Below, one piece after another: positions 27,590-40,325 of a DNA stretch of 64,000 bases (the stretch's first letter is position 1; each line of letters begins with the position of its first letter). Origin of the DNA: Octopus vulgaris (lineage: Eukaryota); NCBI GenBank assembly GCA_951406725.2, contig OX597821.1, positions 93,248,001 through 93,312,000 on the forward strand, written 5' to 3'. Both the position numbers and the translations under genes were made by a program. A model generated the notes under the pieces. The model was not told the DNA's origin, made no database searches, and saw only the letters and a list, made by a program, of their open reading frames with translations.

Positions 27590-27633
27590 TGTATCTGTAT
27601 GTATACATGTATGTATGTGTGTGTATACACGGT

Positions 27634-27826
<193 letters not shown>

Positions 27827-28644
27827 TTCTTTAACTGGTTTTAGTCTTTTAACTCTAGCTAAACAAGTACACCATCTTCAAGCAGTTTAGTTGATCATAT
27901 TGAAAACCAGGGAGAATATTTCAGCTTGTTTTTTATTTTGTCACTGTCTTATTCTTTTATCTGCTGGGTTACTGGACATACGTACGAACGTATGCATGTA
28001 TGTATGTATGTATGTATGTATGTATGTATGTATGTATGTATGTATGTATGTATGTATGTATGTGTGAATGTATGTGGGCAATTACGCAGATAAACAAATT
28101 AGATATATTAAATATAACAGTTTGGGTACGAAATACAAAATATGTATATTAGGCGGTGCTCCAGCATGGCTGCAGTCAAATAATCGAAACAAGTAAAAGT
28201 AAAAGAATGCATACATGCAAAACAAGAGAAAGCAAAGAGTGAAGGCTTTCAGACGATGAATATTTAAGAATAAATATATAGATATTTATATTAGTAGGTG
28301 CAACTTAGAGTGCAAACGACAGAGAATATTAAAAGGGGGGGAAGAGAGGTGTTATAAGTCCAACAGCTGTTTCAGGAGGCTTGAAGATCCATCCATCATG
28401 CTGTTGGTAGATATTGTTCAACACAATTTGCGGCCTCAGTGTCCCCAGAGAACAGCTGTTAGACTCATAACTCATTTCTCCGGCCCCCCGCTTTAATTTT
28501 CTCTGTCGTTTCTCTGTCGTATGCAGCACACACTCTGTGTAAGCCGAATCTATTGATATGAATATATATATATACCTCTATACTTAAATATTAATCATCA
28601 TAAAGTCTTCACTTTTTGCTTTCTCTCTTTTTGCGTGTATACAT

Positions 28645-28842
28645 ACTCATTTACTCTTTTACTTGTTTCAGTCATCTGACTGTAGCCATGCTGGAGCACC
28701 GCGTTTAGTCGAACAAATCGACCCCCGGGGCTTATTCTTTGTAAGCCCAGTACTTATTTTATCGGTCTCTTTTGCCGAACCGCAAAAGTGACGGGGACGT
28801 AAACACACCAGCATCGGTTGTCAAGCAATGCTAGGGGGACAA

Positions 28843-28892
<50 letters not shown>

Positions 28893-29044
28893 GACAGGCT
28901 TCTTTCAGTTTCCGTCTACCAAATCCACTCACAAGGCATTGGTCGGCCCGGGGCTATAGCAGAAGACACTTGCCCAAGATGGACTGAACCCAGAACCATG
29001 TGGTTGGTTAGCAAGCTACTTACCACACAGCCACTCCTGCGCCT
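28645..29044 (-). mobile_element. SINE family A
   Basis: Full consensus with a short deletion near the B-box. Confidence 0.9.
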
Positions 29045-29112
29045 ATGAATATATATACATCTATACTTAAATATTAATCATCATAAAGTCTTCACTTTTT
29101 GCGTGTATACAT

Positions 29113-29490
29113 ACTCATTTACTCATTTACTTGTTTCAGTCATCTGACTGCGGCCATGCTGGAGCACCGCCTTTAGTCGAGGAAATCGACCCCAGGTCTT
29201 ATTTTTTTGTAAGCCTAGTACTTATTCTATCGGTCTCTTTTGCCGAACCGCTAAGTTTCGGGGACGTTAACACACCAGCATCGGTTGTCAAGCGATGTTG
29301 GGGTAGGGGGGACAAACACAACACACAAACGTACACACATATATATATACATATATACGACGGGCTTCTTTCAGTTTCCGTCTACCAAATCCACTCACAA
29401 GGCTTTGGTCGGCCCGAAGCTATAGTAGAAGACACTTGCCCAAGGTGCCACGCAGTGGGACTGAACCCGGAACCATGTGGTTCGTAAGCA
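29113..29490 (-). mobile_element. SINE family A (different subfamily), 5' truncated
   Basis: Consensus match with diagnostic differences from the adjacent copy. Confidence 0.88.
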
Positions 29491-30591
29491 ATACATACTT
29501 TGTATTTCGTATCCAAACTCTTATATTTAATATATCTAATTTGTTTATCCGCATAATTTCCTCTATGTCTGTTCAACTTGATCCCTCTTAAAGCCATTCT
29601 TTACCCTTTGGAATTAAAACCCTGTAAAGACATCGGAGTCTAAGTTTAAATCATTTTAACACTACTGTCTTCTATACTGAGAATCTCTCGATTTCATCTG
29701 TTGAGTATGTATGTATGTATGTATGTATGTATGTATGTATGTATGTATGTATGTATGTATGTATGTATGTATGTATGTATGTATGAATATATATATAATT
29801 GGGAGAGGAAAAAAGAGAGAATAAAATTCAAAGTGAGATACGGAAATGATAGAAAATGATAGTTAAATTGGAAAATCCTTCGTCAGTCATGGGGAACAGA
29901 ATCAGCATAGTTTTGGTATGGAAGTCTGAAGACTTTAATCTCAAGATACTACGCATCTGATTGTGCCAGATGTTGTAAATATGACTAAGGTGATGCACAA
30001 TACTAACAAAACAATACTAAAACAGGACTAACACTGGGGAAAGTATACAAGTGAAAGAGAAAATAACGGAATGACACGCAATATAATTCAACATTAAAAA
30101 AAGATTGAAGCTTTCTGATTGGACACGAAAACAATAAACTCACCAAAAGCATATTAGCACGAAGAAAAATACAAAAAAAAAGTAACTTTCGTCGCAATTC
30201 AAACATGAAGGATGGACATGAATTTGAAGACATGAAACCTTTGAGATTCTCTCTCTTTATCTTTCCTCCCTCTATCCATCCATCTCTCTCTCTTTCTTTC
30301 TCTCTCTCTCTCTCTTTGTTTTTCTCGCTTGTTGTCACTAGCATTTACACTCTCTTTCCTGTTCTCATCTCTCTCTTTTCCGTTTCCCTAGTTTTACTTG
30401 CTTTCATTGACTCTCCTTTGTACGTCATTTTTGCCCCTTTCTCCCGTTTCCTCTCTTTAGCTATTTTTGCACCCTGCAGCTACTTTTGGGCCGTTCTCAA
30501 TACTTCTTTCCTTCAACTTGGAAACCGTATCATAATGGGCTATCGAACGGAGCGCGGCTGCAAGTCATGGTGGAATGCAGAAGACTAAGAT

Positions 30592-30985
30592 ACCTATTTC
30601 TTTACTACCCACAAGGGGCTAAACACAGAGGGGACAAACAAGGACAGACAAACGGATTAAGTCGATTATATCGACCCCAGTGCGTAACTGGTACTTAATT
30701 TATCGACCCCGAAAGGATGAAAGGCAAAGTTGACCTCGGCGGAATTTGAACTCAGAACGTAACGGCAGATGAAATACCTATTTCTTTACTACCCATAAGG
30801 GGCTAAACACAGAGAGCACAAACAAGGACAGACAAACGGATTAAGTCGATTATATCGACCCCAGTGCGTAAATGGTACTTAATGTATCGACCCCGAAAGG
30901 ATGAAAGGCAAAGTCGACCTCGGCGGAATTTGAACTCAGAACGTAACGGCTACGCATTTTGCCCGGCGCGCTAACGTTTCCGCCA
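30592..30985 (-). mobile_element. SINE family B tandem dimer (184-bp period)
   Basis: ACCTATTTCTTTACTACCCA at 30592 and 30776. Confidence 0.88.
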
Positions 30986-31900
30986 TACCACACATGTGGG
31001 AGCATCAACCCTGTGAAATCCCTCTGCCAACAATATCGGGAGCCGGGAAAGGATGCATTGCTGCCAAAAACCACAGTCATAGAAACAACTACACCAACAA
31101 CATTAGCAATAGAAATATCACTACCAACTAATACAACAACTGCAGCAACTCCAATAGCGAGAACGCAGCATCAGAATATAGCCCTAACACCAATAGCATC
31201 AGCGGCGTGAATTTCATATTTCAGTATGGACGAATGATCAACGCAGGGCTAACGAAAATTGAAATGTGCTAGAGGAGATCAAAATTGATTTGCACGTCAT
31301 AGTGGCTCATGAACCCCAGAGAGCCATATGGGAACTCTACCCCGTGGAGGGCACCGAGACAAAGGGTATGAGATTAATAATGCAGAGAAGAAAAGTTGAA
31401 GTTGCTGCACTTGTAGTGAAAAATCACCTCAGCACCGAATGCTCTGAAGGACCGGAAAGATTAAAGAAAAGAAAAGAAGAAAAGCGAGAATAATGAAGAT
31501 AACTGAGACAACAAACCCTAGTGTCCTGGACACGATCACCTAAAACACTGGAAAAGGCTAGTGAAATTCCTTTATGCCTAGTATTAGAAGTAGGTGAATA
31601 GATGCTTAACTGTCCAACAGTATTAAGAAGTAGTACCACACCATCATCATGCGGTGAGAAAGAAAGAAATGTTGCTGATGAAATGGTACTATCGGTGAAA
31701 TTAGGAAGGTATAAAAAGAGAAAAGAATATGCATGGTAAAAAGAAGACTCAACATAAAACAACGAAAACGGGTGAGAAGGAATAATTTCTTCAAAACAAC
31801 AATAACAACCTTTCGTAGGAAAATAATGAAGGAAATGAAGAGGTCGAAAAAGAATTTTCACCGCTCTTCAAAAATTCAACACAGCCAATAGACAAAATTA

Positions 31901-32157
31901 ATAAAAGAAAATAAATGCGCCCTTTTAAAGCCTAGCCAGGCTCATGGGCCCGGTTTCCCGGTTTCAATGGCGTATGTGTTCCCCCCAGCTAGACGAGACG
32001 TCAGTCCATCGTAGCGTTGCTCATTTTTGCCAGCTGAGTGGACTGGAGCAACGTGAAATGAAGTGTTTTGCTCAAGAACACAACGCGTCGCCCGGTCCAG
32101 GAATCGAAACCACAATCTTACGATCTGACACCCTAACCACTAAGCCACGCACCTCCA
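31901..32157 (-). mobile_element. SINE family C head and body with an alternative 3' tail; 15-bp TSD
   Basis: TSD CAATAGACAAAATTA at 31886-31900 and 32158-32172; the tail differs from the copies at 7106 and 9228. Confidence 0.88.
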
Positions 32158-32174
32158 CAATAGACAAAATTACG

Positions 32175-33020
32175 CCTCTGTAAATCAGTCAGAAATACCT
32201 TCTTTATTTGTGGTTTTTAATATCTTGGGCTGAATTGCATCCTCCGGAGCAGCCATGCCACATTTGAACGCTTTACACCCCTGTGACTTCAGCATCTGTG
32301 AGATTAGTCTTCACCCCGAGATGCACCTCTTGTCCACCAGAAGATTTTATTGCGACTGGATTTTGGACATTAGCAAATTATTCTCTTAGCCTCCTAAAGA
32401 TGCTCTTCGCTGAAGAGGAAAGAAACCTAGACGAGTTCCTTATGGCCGGTGAGGAAGAGGGCTTCCTGTTATGAAGTTGCGGATAGTCATCCAGAATACT
32501 TTATTGGCTGATCCAAAGTCAGAGTTCAGCTTAACCTCAAAATCCTCTCGTAACAAAATGGACACTTTTACTGTCTCTGCAGCAACTTTTTGCACCTCAG
32601 TGTATCACACGCGTAAAAGGAGAGACTTGTTTAGAATCCAAGATTTGTAAGCCTACTGCTTTGCTCGAGGCATCTTTAATTCCTGGTTAAACTAGAGCGT
32701 TTTTTTTTTTTCCACTTGATGCTATACCATGTCAACTTCATCCACAGCATAGTACCGCTAAAAAAGAAACTGCCAAACAGAACCGTTTCCACTCCATTTT
32801 AACATCCTCCTTTGTTCAAGGCCCCAGAATCTGGATTCAATAGAGTCTGCATATTTGTTTCTGATCCCATCATCCACTACGGCTTTCCAATTTATCTTGT
32901 AAGCCGCACACAACTTACAGGTTTTGTGAGATCTTGCTATAGACAGTATCAGATTGCAGACAACTTGGCAGTTATCAATTGGAAGCTTAACCACTCTCTT
33001 AACACAAACGTTCAGCACAG
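32175..33020 (-). mobile_element. RTE-clade LINE internal fragment (end of the AP endonuclease to the start of RT), inverted
   Basis: SVLNVCVKRVVKLPIDNCQVVCNL resembles VLDVRVKRGAELSTDHHLVV; EDFEVKLNSDFGSANKVFWMTIR; VKAFKCGMAAPEDAIQPKILK resembles KAPGVDEIRPEFLK. Confidence 0.75.
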
Positions 33021-33021
33021 A

Positions 33022-33465
33022 ATCATTTCTGTTTTTGTATCTATTCTCACCTATGGTCGTGTATATTGAGTAATGTCTGAAAAGGTATGATTGCAAACAC
33101 AAGCTGCCGGAATGGAATTCCTCAGAAGGATCTCTGAAATAATATAATTTGACAGGATGCGTAGTTCGGAGATCAAGAATCCTCTTCTGGTTGAGCCGCT
33201 ACTTCTCTTCACTGAGAGGTCACGGCTCCGGTACAATGGACATTGGATTAGAACGTCGCAGGAAAGAAGCGCAAGGCAGATTCTTCAAGCCGAATCAACG
33301 ACTTACAGAAGACGTAAGGATAGACCAAGAATAAGATGGGTAAATAATATTTACAGTCACAGTTGGTTACCAACAGGAATTCAGTAGGAAAGTGTAATAA
33401 TAGTTGCTTCTGTGAGGACCCTATGGAGGAGGTGTCTGAGGATTCTACCTCTACGAATGAATAAT
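33022..33465 (+). mobile_element. RTE-clade LINE 3' end
   Basis: SVFVSILTYG..QAAGMEFLRRI..DRMRSSEIK..VEPLLLFTERSRLRYNGH..RPRIRW..LRILPLR matches the RTE/Expander C-terminus. Confidence 0.85.
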
Positions 33466-33466
33466 G

Positions 33467-33640
33467 TATTTCTTTACTGCCCACAAGGGGCTAAACATAG
33501 AGGGGACAAACAAGGACAGACAAAGGGATTAAGTCGATTACATCGACCCCAGTCGAAAACTGGTACTTTATTTATCGACCCCGAAAGGATGAAAGACAAA
33601 GTCGACCTCGGCGGAATTTGAACTCGGAACGTAACGAATG
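33467..33640 (-). mobile_element. SINE family B, 5' truncated
   Basis: Consensus match. Confidence 0.85.
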
Positions 33641-33845
33641 GGCGAAGGAACTGGATAGAAGGAAGGAAGGAAGGAAGGATGGATGGATGGATGGATGGAT
33701 GGATGGATGGTGCAGGTGATGAGAAGTTATAACTGAATTTAGAACAATAACCTTTTGTCTTTTCGTTTCCTTTTATCTCTTATTTTTTGTTTTAAATATT
33801 GTGCATGTTATTGTATTTCCTTGTTTCCGTGGCAGTGTTTTTAAT

Positions 33846-34484
33846 GTAACTATACTGAGAAGTAATATAAGGCGACGGAGCTGGCAGAAACGTTAGCACG
33901 CCGGGCGAAATGCGTAGCCGTATTTCGTCTGCCGTTACGTTCTGGGTTCAAATTCCGCCGAGGTCGACTTTACCTTTCATCCTTTCGGGGTCGATAAAAT
34001 AAGTACTAGCTACGCACTGGGGTCGATGTAATCGACTTAATCCGTTTGTCTGTCCTTGTTTGTCCCCTCTGTGTTTAGCCCCTTGTGGGTAATAAAGAAA
34101 CGTATACTGAGAAGTAATATCGATCGCCACTTCAACATTGGCTATTCCGTAGGAATCGACATTACTACCACTTTAACCCCCAGAAGGACACCTTCTCCAG
34201 CTAGTTAATCGATGCAATCTGCACCTGATGTATGTTGCAAGTAGGGGAGCAAACCCCTACCATTTTCAAGCGAAAACAGGACCACCAGGCCGTACGGTTT
34301 CGAGCTATTTGTACTCATCCTCAGTGATGGATATTCGTTCGCTAGAAATAGTAGTAGTAGTTTGGTCCAGCTCGCAATATAGAGGAGAAAAAAGGGACAA
34401 CCGGTCACTGATCTTACAACAAGCAAAGTTGGCTTGTTAGAAATATCTCTGTGGCGATTAAACATGACTTCTCAGTATAGTTAC
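33846..34484. mobile_element. MITE-like element whose left TIR is interrupted by a SINE B
   Basis: GTAACTATACTGAGAAGT...ATCGCCAC versus GTGGCGAT...ACTTCTCAGTATAGTTAC; internal CCCAGAAGGACACCTTCTCCAGCT is related to the 10940/13276 repeat. Confidence 0.7.
33869..34102 (+). mobile_element. SINE family B, full length, 18-bp TSD
   Basis: TSD TATACTGAGAAGTAATAT at 33851-33868 and 34103-34120. Confidence 0.93.
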
Positions 34485-34675
34485 TGCTTTCATGTTAGAG
34501 AGATGCGTTACCATAAAAGAAGTACCAGTTCTGCACTGGAGTCGGTGTGTGGTAGCAACTTACCTCCTCACTCGAAATTGCAGGCCTTGCGCTAAAATTT
34601 GAAATTAATATTTTAGCATATTTCAATGTATGTACATCTCAGCGAAGAAAACAAAACAAGCGTTTTGCACTTCTT

Positions 34676-34709
34676 CATGATAATGTTGATGACGATGATG
34701 ATGATTACC

Positions 34710-34755
<46 letters not shown>

Positions 34756-34795
34756 CGATGATGATGATGATGAAGACGACGACGACGACGACGAC

Positions 34796-34835
<40 letters not shown>

Positions 34836-34981
34836 ATGATGATGATGATGATGATGACGACGATGGCGATAACCATGATGATGATGATGACGACGATGGC
34901 GATAACCATGATGATGACGATGATGACGATGATGATAAAGACGATGATGACGATGATGATGATGACGAAGACGACGACGAC

Positions 34982-35026
<45 letters not shown>

Positions 35027-35452
35027 GATGATGATGATAATGATGATGATGATGACGATGATGCTGATGTAGCAAAAAAAATTGTGATGATCGTAATGAC
35101 GACGCTGTTGACAACAATACTGGACACAATGACAGTTGCATGACAGCAACGTCACACATAATGACATTGATGGTGACAGCCAGGCTGACAACAACAATGA
35201 CTCTAATAGCAGGAGACATGATTCAATAAAACTGCTGCTGTTGATCATCATCATCGTGTTGGTTATGGTGGTGGTGGTGGTGGTGACGGTGGAGGTGGTA
35301 GTGGTAATGGAAGGTGGTGGTGAATGCTGATGATGATATTGGTTATGAGAATGCAATGGCGATGATGATGAGGAGGAGGATGGTAGCGACGGTGCCGATG
35401 TTCATAATGATGGCAGTGGTGATGAAGTGGTGAGGAACTGGAATGGCAACAG

Positions 35453-35511
<59 letters not shown>

Positions 35512-35743
35512 GTGATGACGACGACGATGATGGTGCTGATGATGACGATGATGATGATGATGATGATGATGACAACGACGACAATGACGACGGCGGCTGG
35601 GATGATGATGATGATGACGGTGGTGGTGATGGTGAGGATGATGATGATGATGATAGCAATGGTGACGATGTTCATAATGATGGTAGTGATGATGATAGTG
35701 ATGAAGTGGTGAGGAACAGGAATGGCAGCAGTAATGATGACAG

Positions 35744-35777
<34 letters not shown>

Positions 35778-35989
35778 GATGATGATGATGATGACGACGA
35801 TGACGATGATGATGATAATGATGGTGTTGATGATGATGATAATGATAACGACGACAATGACAACGGCAGTGGAGATGATGGTGATGATGATGATGATGAT
35901 GATAATGATGATGATGATGATGATGATGATAACGACGACAATGACAACGGCAGTGGAGATGATGATGATGACGGTGGTGGTGGTGGTGG

Positions 35990-36042
<53 letters not shown>

Positions 36043-36070
36043 GTGATGGTGATGATGATGACGGTAATTA
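34676..36070. repeat. Complex (GAT)n/(GAC)n/(GGT)n trinucleotide array with higher-order duplications
   Basis: Directly visible; block GATGTTCATAATGATGG..GATGAAGTGGTGAGGAAC..GAATGGCA is duplicated at ~35397 and ~35667. Confidence 0.95.
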
Positions 36071-36423
36071 AGGTAGTAAATATTTAATGAAAGACATTGT
36101 TCTACTCAAATGAAACATACTATCATCTCATCTTGATTTGTGTCAAGGGAACACACAAATTTTTCATTTCCCTTCTTAATTCCTCATTTTTCCTTTTCTC
36201 TTTTTTCTTTATATATTTTTTCCCTGTTTCATCTTTCAATTCAGCGTTTCATCTTTTTTTTTACTTCTTTTTTCCTCCCTTTTCTTTTGGCTTGCTTTTT
36301 TTTATTCACTATATGAATGTCTGTGTGTATGTAAATATGTTTGTGTGTTTGTGTGTTTGTGTGAGTGTGAGCATGTATGTGTATGTGAGTGAATACGTGA
36401 ATGAATATGTGCATTGTGTGTGC

Positions 36424-36455
<32 letters not shown>

Positions 36456-36619
36456 GCATATTGATGCTTGTATAATTGCATGCGTTTATGGATGGATATG
36501 TATAGGCTTCTGTGTGTGTGTGTATGTATGTATTTGTATGTGTGTATGTGTGTCTCTATATCTGTATATGTCTGTGTATGTATGTATTTGCACATGTGTA
36601 TGTGTTTCTATATGTGTAA

Positions 36620-36654
<35 letters not shown>

Positions 36655-38031
36655 GCTGTGTGCTTGTGTATGTATGTGAATATGCATATGTGTCTGTATG
36701 TATGTCTGTATCTAATTGTGTATGTATAGGTGCTTTGTGTGCAATTATTTGTTTGTATATATATGTGTGAATGTATCTTCTTGTGTGTCCTGGTGTTTGT
36801 GTGTATGTGTGTGTATATACTGTGCTTGTGTGTGTCATTTTACTTGTTTGTATGTATGTATGTATGTATGTATGTATGTATGTGTATGTATTTTTATGTG
36901 TATATGATTTTGCATGCATATGTGTGTACTTCTGTGTCCATGTGTATGTGTTTGTATGTATATGTAAATGTGCGTGTGTATGTGTGTGTGTGTGTTTCCA
37001 GTTTCCTTTAACCGTTTCTTCTTTTCTCTCCCCCCTTTTAATATCCCTCCCACACCACTTTACATCCACCCACAACATCCCAATCCCATCTTCAATGTCT
37101 TTTCTTTCAAACTTCATTTGATTCTTCACATCTGTTCCTTCCATCTTTCCTTCCTTTTTTTGTCTCTTTCCATATTTCTTTACTCCAATCCATCCACCCC
37201 CACCATCACCACCACCATCTATTTCTTCCTTCCTTCAATTTCTTTCATCACTTCCTTGCTTCCTCATCCACCCCTCCCCCGTCTTCCTCACTCTCCCATC
37301 TTACTTCTATTGATTGTTCCCCACCCATTTGCAATCTTCTTCCTGTTCTTTCCCCTTAATCGTTTTCTACCTCCTTCTCTCTCTCCCTTTCTCTCCTCTT
37401 CCTCCTTCTGACTCCTCTTTGCTAATCTCCTATTCCCACTCCACATTTTACCCCAGCCTCATTCTTCCTCTCCTTTAACACTTAAGACAGTAAAGTGTGT
37501 CATCTACATACAAACACTTATACAATTAGATTATTAATGGTCAACCATCAAATACAGGCAAATACCCTTCACACCTCATTATACTATGACAGTGTGGTTC
37601 AGAAGTTTGCTTCTTAGGCATGTGGTAATAGGTTCAATCTCACCTAGGTACTTTATGCGAGTATTTTTTACGGTTGCCTCTAGTTGACCAAAAATTCTTT
37701 GTGAATGGAATTTGTTTCTTCAACAAGGCTTCTGAGATGGTCAGAAAAGAGAGAGGGAGCGAGAAAGAACCCATGACTAAAGGTTTAGCTTCATACACCA
37801 GGTACCTTGGTGTGAATGCTTGAATCCAAGTGAAGAATTCTGCTAAAGACACACGAGTAACAGGTGGCTGCTTGCATGGAAACCTTGCCAGGTCAGATCA
37901 GAACCTGGTGCAGCTCCCTGGCTTACCAGTTTCCAGTCAAACCATCCAACCCATGCCAGTATTCACCCTGAATTTATTATATAATATAAGCGTATATATT
38001 ATAAAAATATTTATGGTGTATTCTTAATAAT

Positions 38032-39465
38032 TGTATGTCTATCATTAAACCTGTAAGATTCTATACATTTTACACAAAGAATCCATTTGTTTTCTACAGA
38101 TGATGATGATGATGATGATGACAACGACGACAATGACGACAACAACGACAATGACGACAACGACGACAATGACGACGGTGGCTGGGATGATAATGATGGA
38201 AAGCAGACATTAAATGATGATGATGATGGTGATGATGATGATGATAATGATGATGTATGTTTTTATATATCCATCTGAAGAGCATTCAACATAAGGATAT
38301 ATAATTAATTTATATAATTTTGCTATCATACAAACCAGTCAATACATGTTACTAATAGTTTCAAAGTGACTAAAAGCCATTGAGTGCAGTTGGATATGAG
38401 TCTACCAAAATTCATGAAAAGTACTCTATGAAGTGATTTGCTTTGGACACAAAGGAAGTAATCCATATTCTGGCTTGTGTTATGAGCATTCTGAAACATA
38501 TAATTGAAAATTCATCTCAGGATTTGTCTAATTGCCTAGTCTTCCAATATAATTGTAGAAGAAAAGATATCGCTTGTAGATAAAACCAAAAGTATTGAAA
38601 TTTGACCTGTTAACATGCAAATACAAATAATGTTGAATAAATACACTAAAAAGTAGAATGAAGAAAACTTTAAAAAATAATGCGCAGGAGTGGCTGTGTG
38701 GTAAGTAGCTTGCTAACCAACCACATGGTTCCAGGTTCAGTCCCACTGCGTGGCATCTTGGGCAAGCGTTTTCTACTATAGCCCCAGGCCGACCAATGCC
38801 TTGTGAGTGGATTTGGTAGATGGAAACTGAAAGAAGCCTGTCGTATATATGTATATATATATAAGTGTGTGTTTATATGTTTGTGTGTCTGTGTTTGTCC
38901 CCCTAGCATTGCTTGACAACAGATGCTGGTGTATGTTTACGTCCCCGTCACTTAGCGGTTCGGCAAAAGAGACCAATAGAATAAGTACTGGGCTTACAAA
39001 AGAATAAGTCCCGGGGTTGATTTGCTCGACTAAAGGCGGTGCTCCAGCATGGCTGCAGTCAAATGACTGAAACAAGTAAAAGAGTAAAAGAGTAAAAGAG
39101 TAAATAATGATGCAGGTCAGTTTGATAGATGAATCCCATACCTGAGTAATGATGGCTGGGAAAGCAAACTTCTTCCATTTAATAATTTTAGGAAAGATCT
39201 GCATCTTCTTTTATTTCACTTCTATAAACTGTTTTACTTATTTATTCTTACTTTTGTTTCTTAATTTATCTTTCTCCCCACTTTTGATCTTAGATCTAAC
39301 TACAGTTATGCTTAAGATTTTAAAACATAATAAAATCAGTTTTTTTTTACCAGAATACAAAATAGTATAAACAGAAGTAAGGAATATTCCGTTTCTGTAG
39401 AAAACAAATGGATTCTTTGTGTAAAATGTATAGAATCTAACGGGGTTTAATGATAGACATACAAC
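38032..39465. repeat. ~65-bp inverted repeats enclosing 1.3 kb (possible MITE ends)
   Basis: GTATGTCTATCATTAAAC..GATTCTATACATTTTACACAAAGAATCCATTTGTTTTCTACAGA (38033-38100) and its reverse complement at 39393-39462. Confidence 0.75.
38681..39103 (+). mobile_element. SINE family A, full length
   Basis: Consensus match. Confidence 0.9.
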
Positions 39466-39534
39466 TGTTTTGAGTTGTTATGAATGACTTTTTAACAATG
39501 AGCAACATAGAATACCTGGTGTCTGTAACTGTAA

Positions 39535-39576
<42 letters not shown>

Positions 39577-39934
39577 GAAAACAGATTAGAGATCTATGCA
39601 AAAAAAAAACTTTTACATATAAAAGATGAAGGTGGAAGTAGTATATTTCAATTTAAGAGGGAATTTAATAAAAAATTATATAAAGAAAATATTACCGGTT
39701 TCAATCTATCTCATCTTATCAAATATCAGTAAAAGTTTATAAAACTTTGAAGTAAAAACAGTTTATCTTCTGTCTGGGGGGTCAAGAACATGTCTGGAGA
39801 TTTTTGTTGAAGTCTTCTTTAAATATAGTTTGGTATAGTGTTCAAAGTGTTAGAGAGTGAGAGAAGGGGTGTCTATTGTCTAAAGAAATCTCTGTGTGTT
39901 CCTGCCTAGGGAATGGCTAAATATATATATATAT

Positions 39935-40217
39935 CTAATGTAGGATAACATTTTTTTTTTTTTCGAAAACAATTCTTTTCCAAAAAAAATTTTATCAATG
40001 GCCAGCATATTAAAAAATACCTTTAAAGGTTAAATTTATAAACAATTCCTAAATAAGGGCGAACGAAAAAAATTTCTAATGCCAAATATGCCGAAAAATT
40101 GGACATATTGTCCATTAACCATTAATTTTTTCACAATAGTTATTTTTTCACAATATGTCCAATTTTTCGGCATATTTGGCATTAGAAATTTTTTTCGTTT
40201 GCTCTTATTTAGGAATT
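39935..40217. repeat. (TA)n-embedded fold-back element with ~67-bp arms (40044-40217)
   Basis: AATTCCTAAATAAGGGCGAACGAAAAAAATTTCTAATGCCAAATATGCCGAAAAATTGGACATATTG and its reverse complement. Confidence 0.85.
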
Positions 40218-40289
40218 ATATATATATATATATAAAGGGTAAAAATTATTAAAAACAGACCATAAATATTTTTATAATATATACGTTTC

Positions 40290-40325
<36 letters not shown>

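Noticed and set aside
29860-29892. Minus-strand CTGACGAAGG-ATTTT-CC hammerhead half
   Set aside because: The GAAA and stem III half is missing; too degenerate to call.
30990-31870. Purine-rich decayed ORFs, possibly another retroelement ORF1
   Set aside because: No recognisable motif; many stops.
35427-36071. 214-aa poly-Asp ORF resembling molluscan acidic shell-matrix proteins
   Set aside because: Part of a (GAT)n array open in several frames, with no signal peptide, ATG start or splice context; (GAT)n tracts are common in this window.
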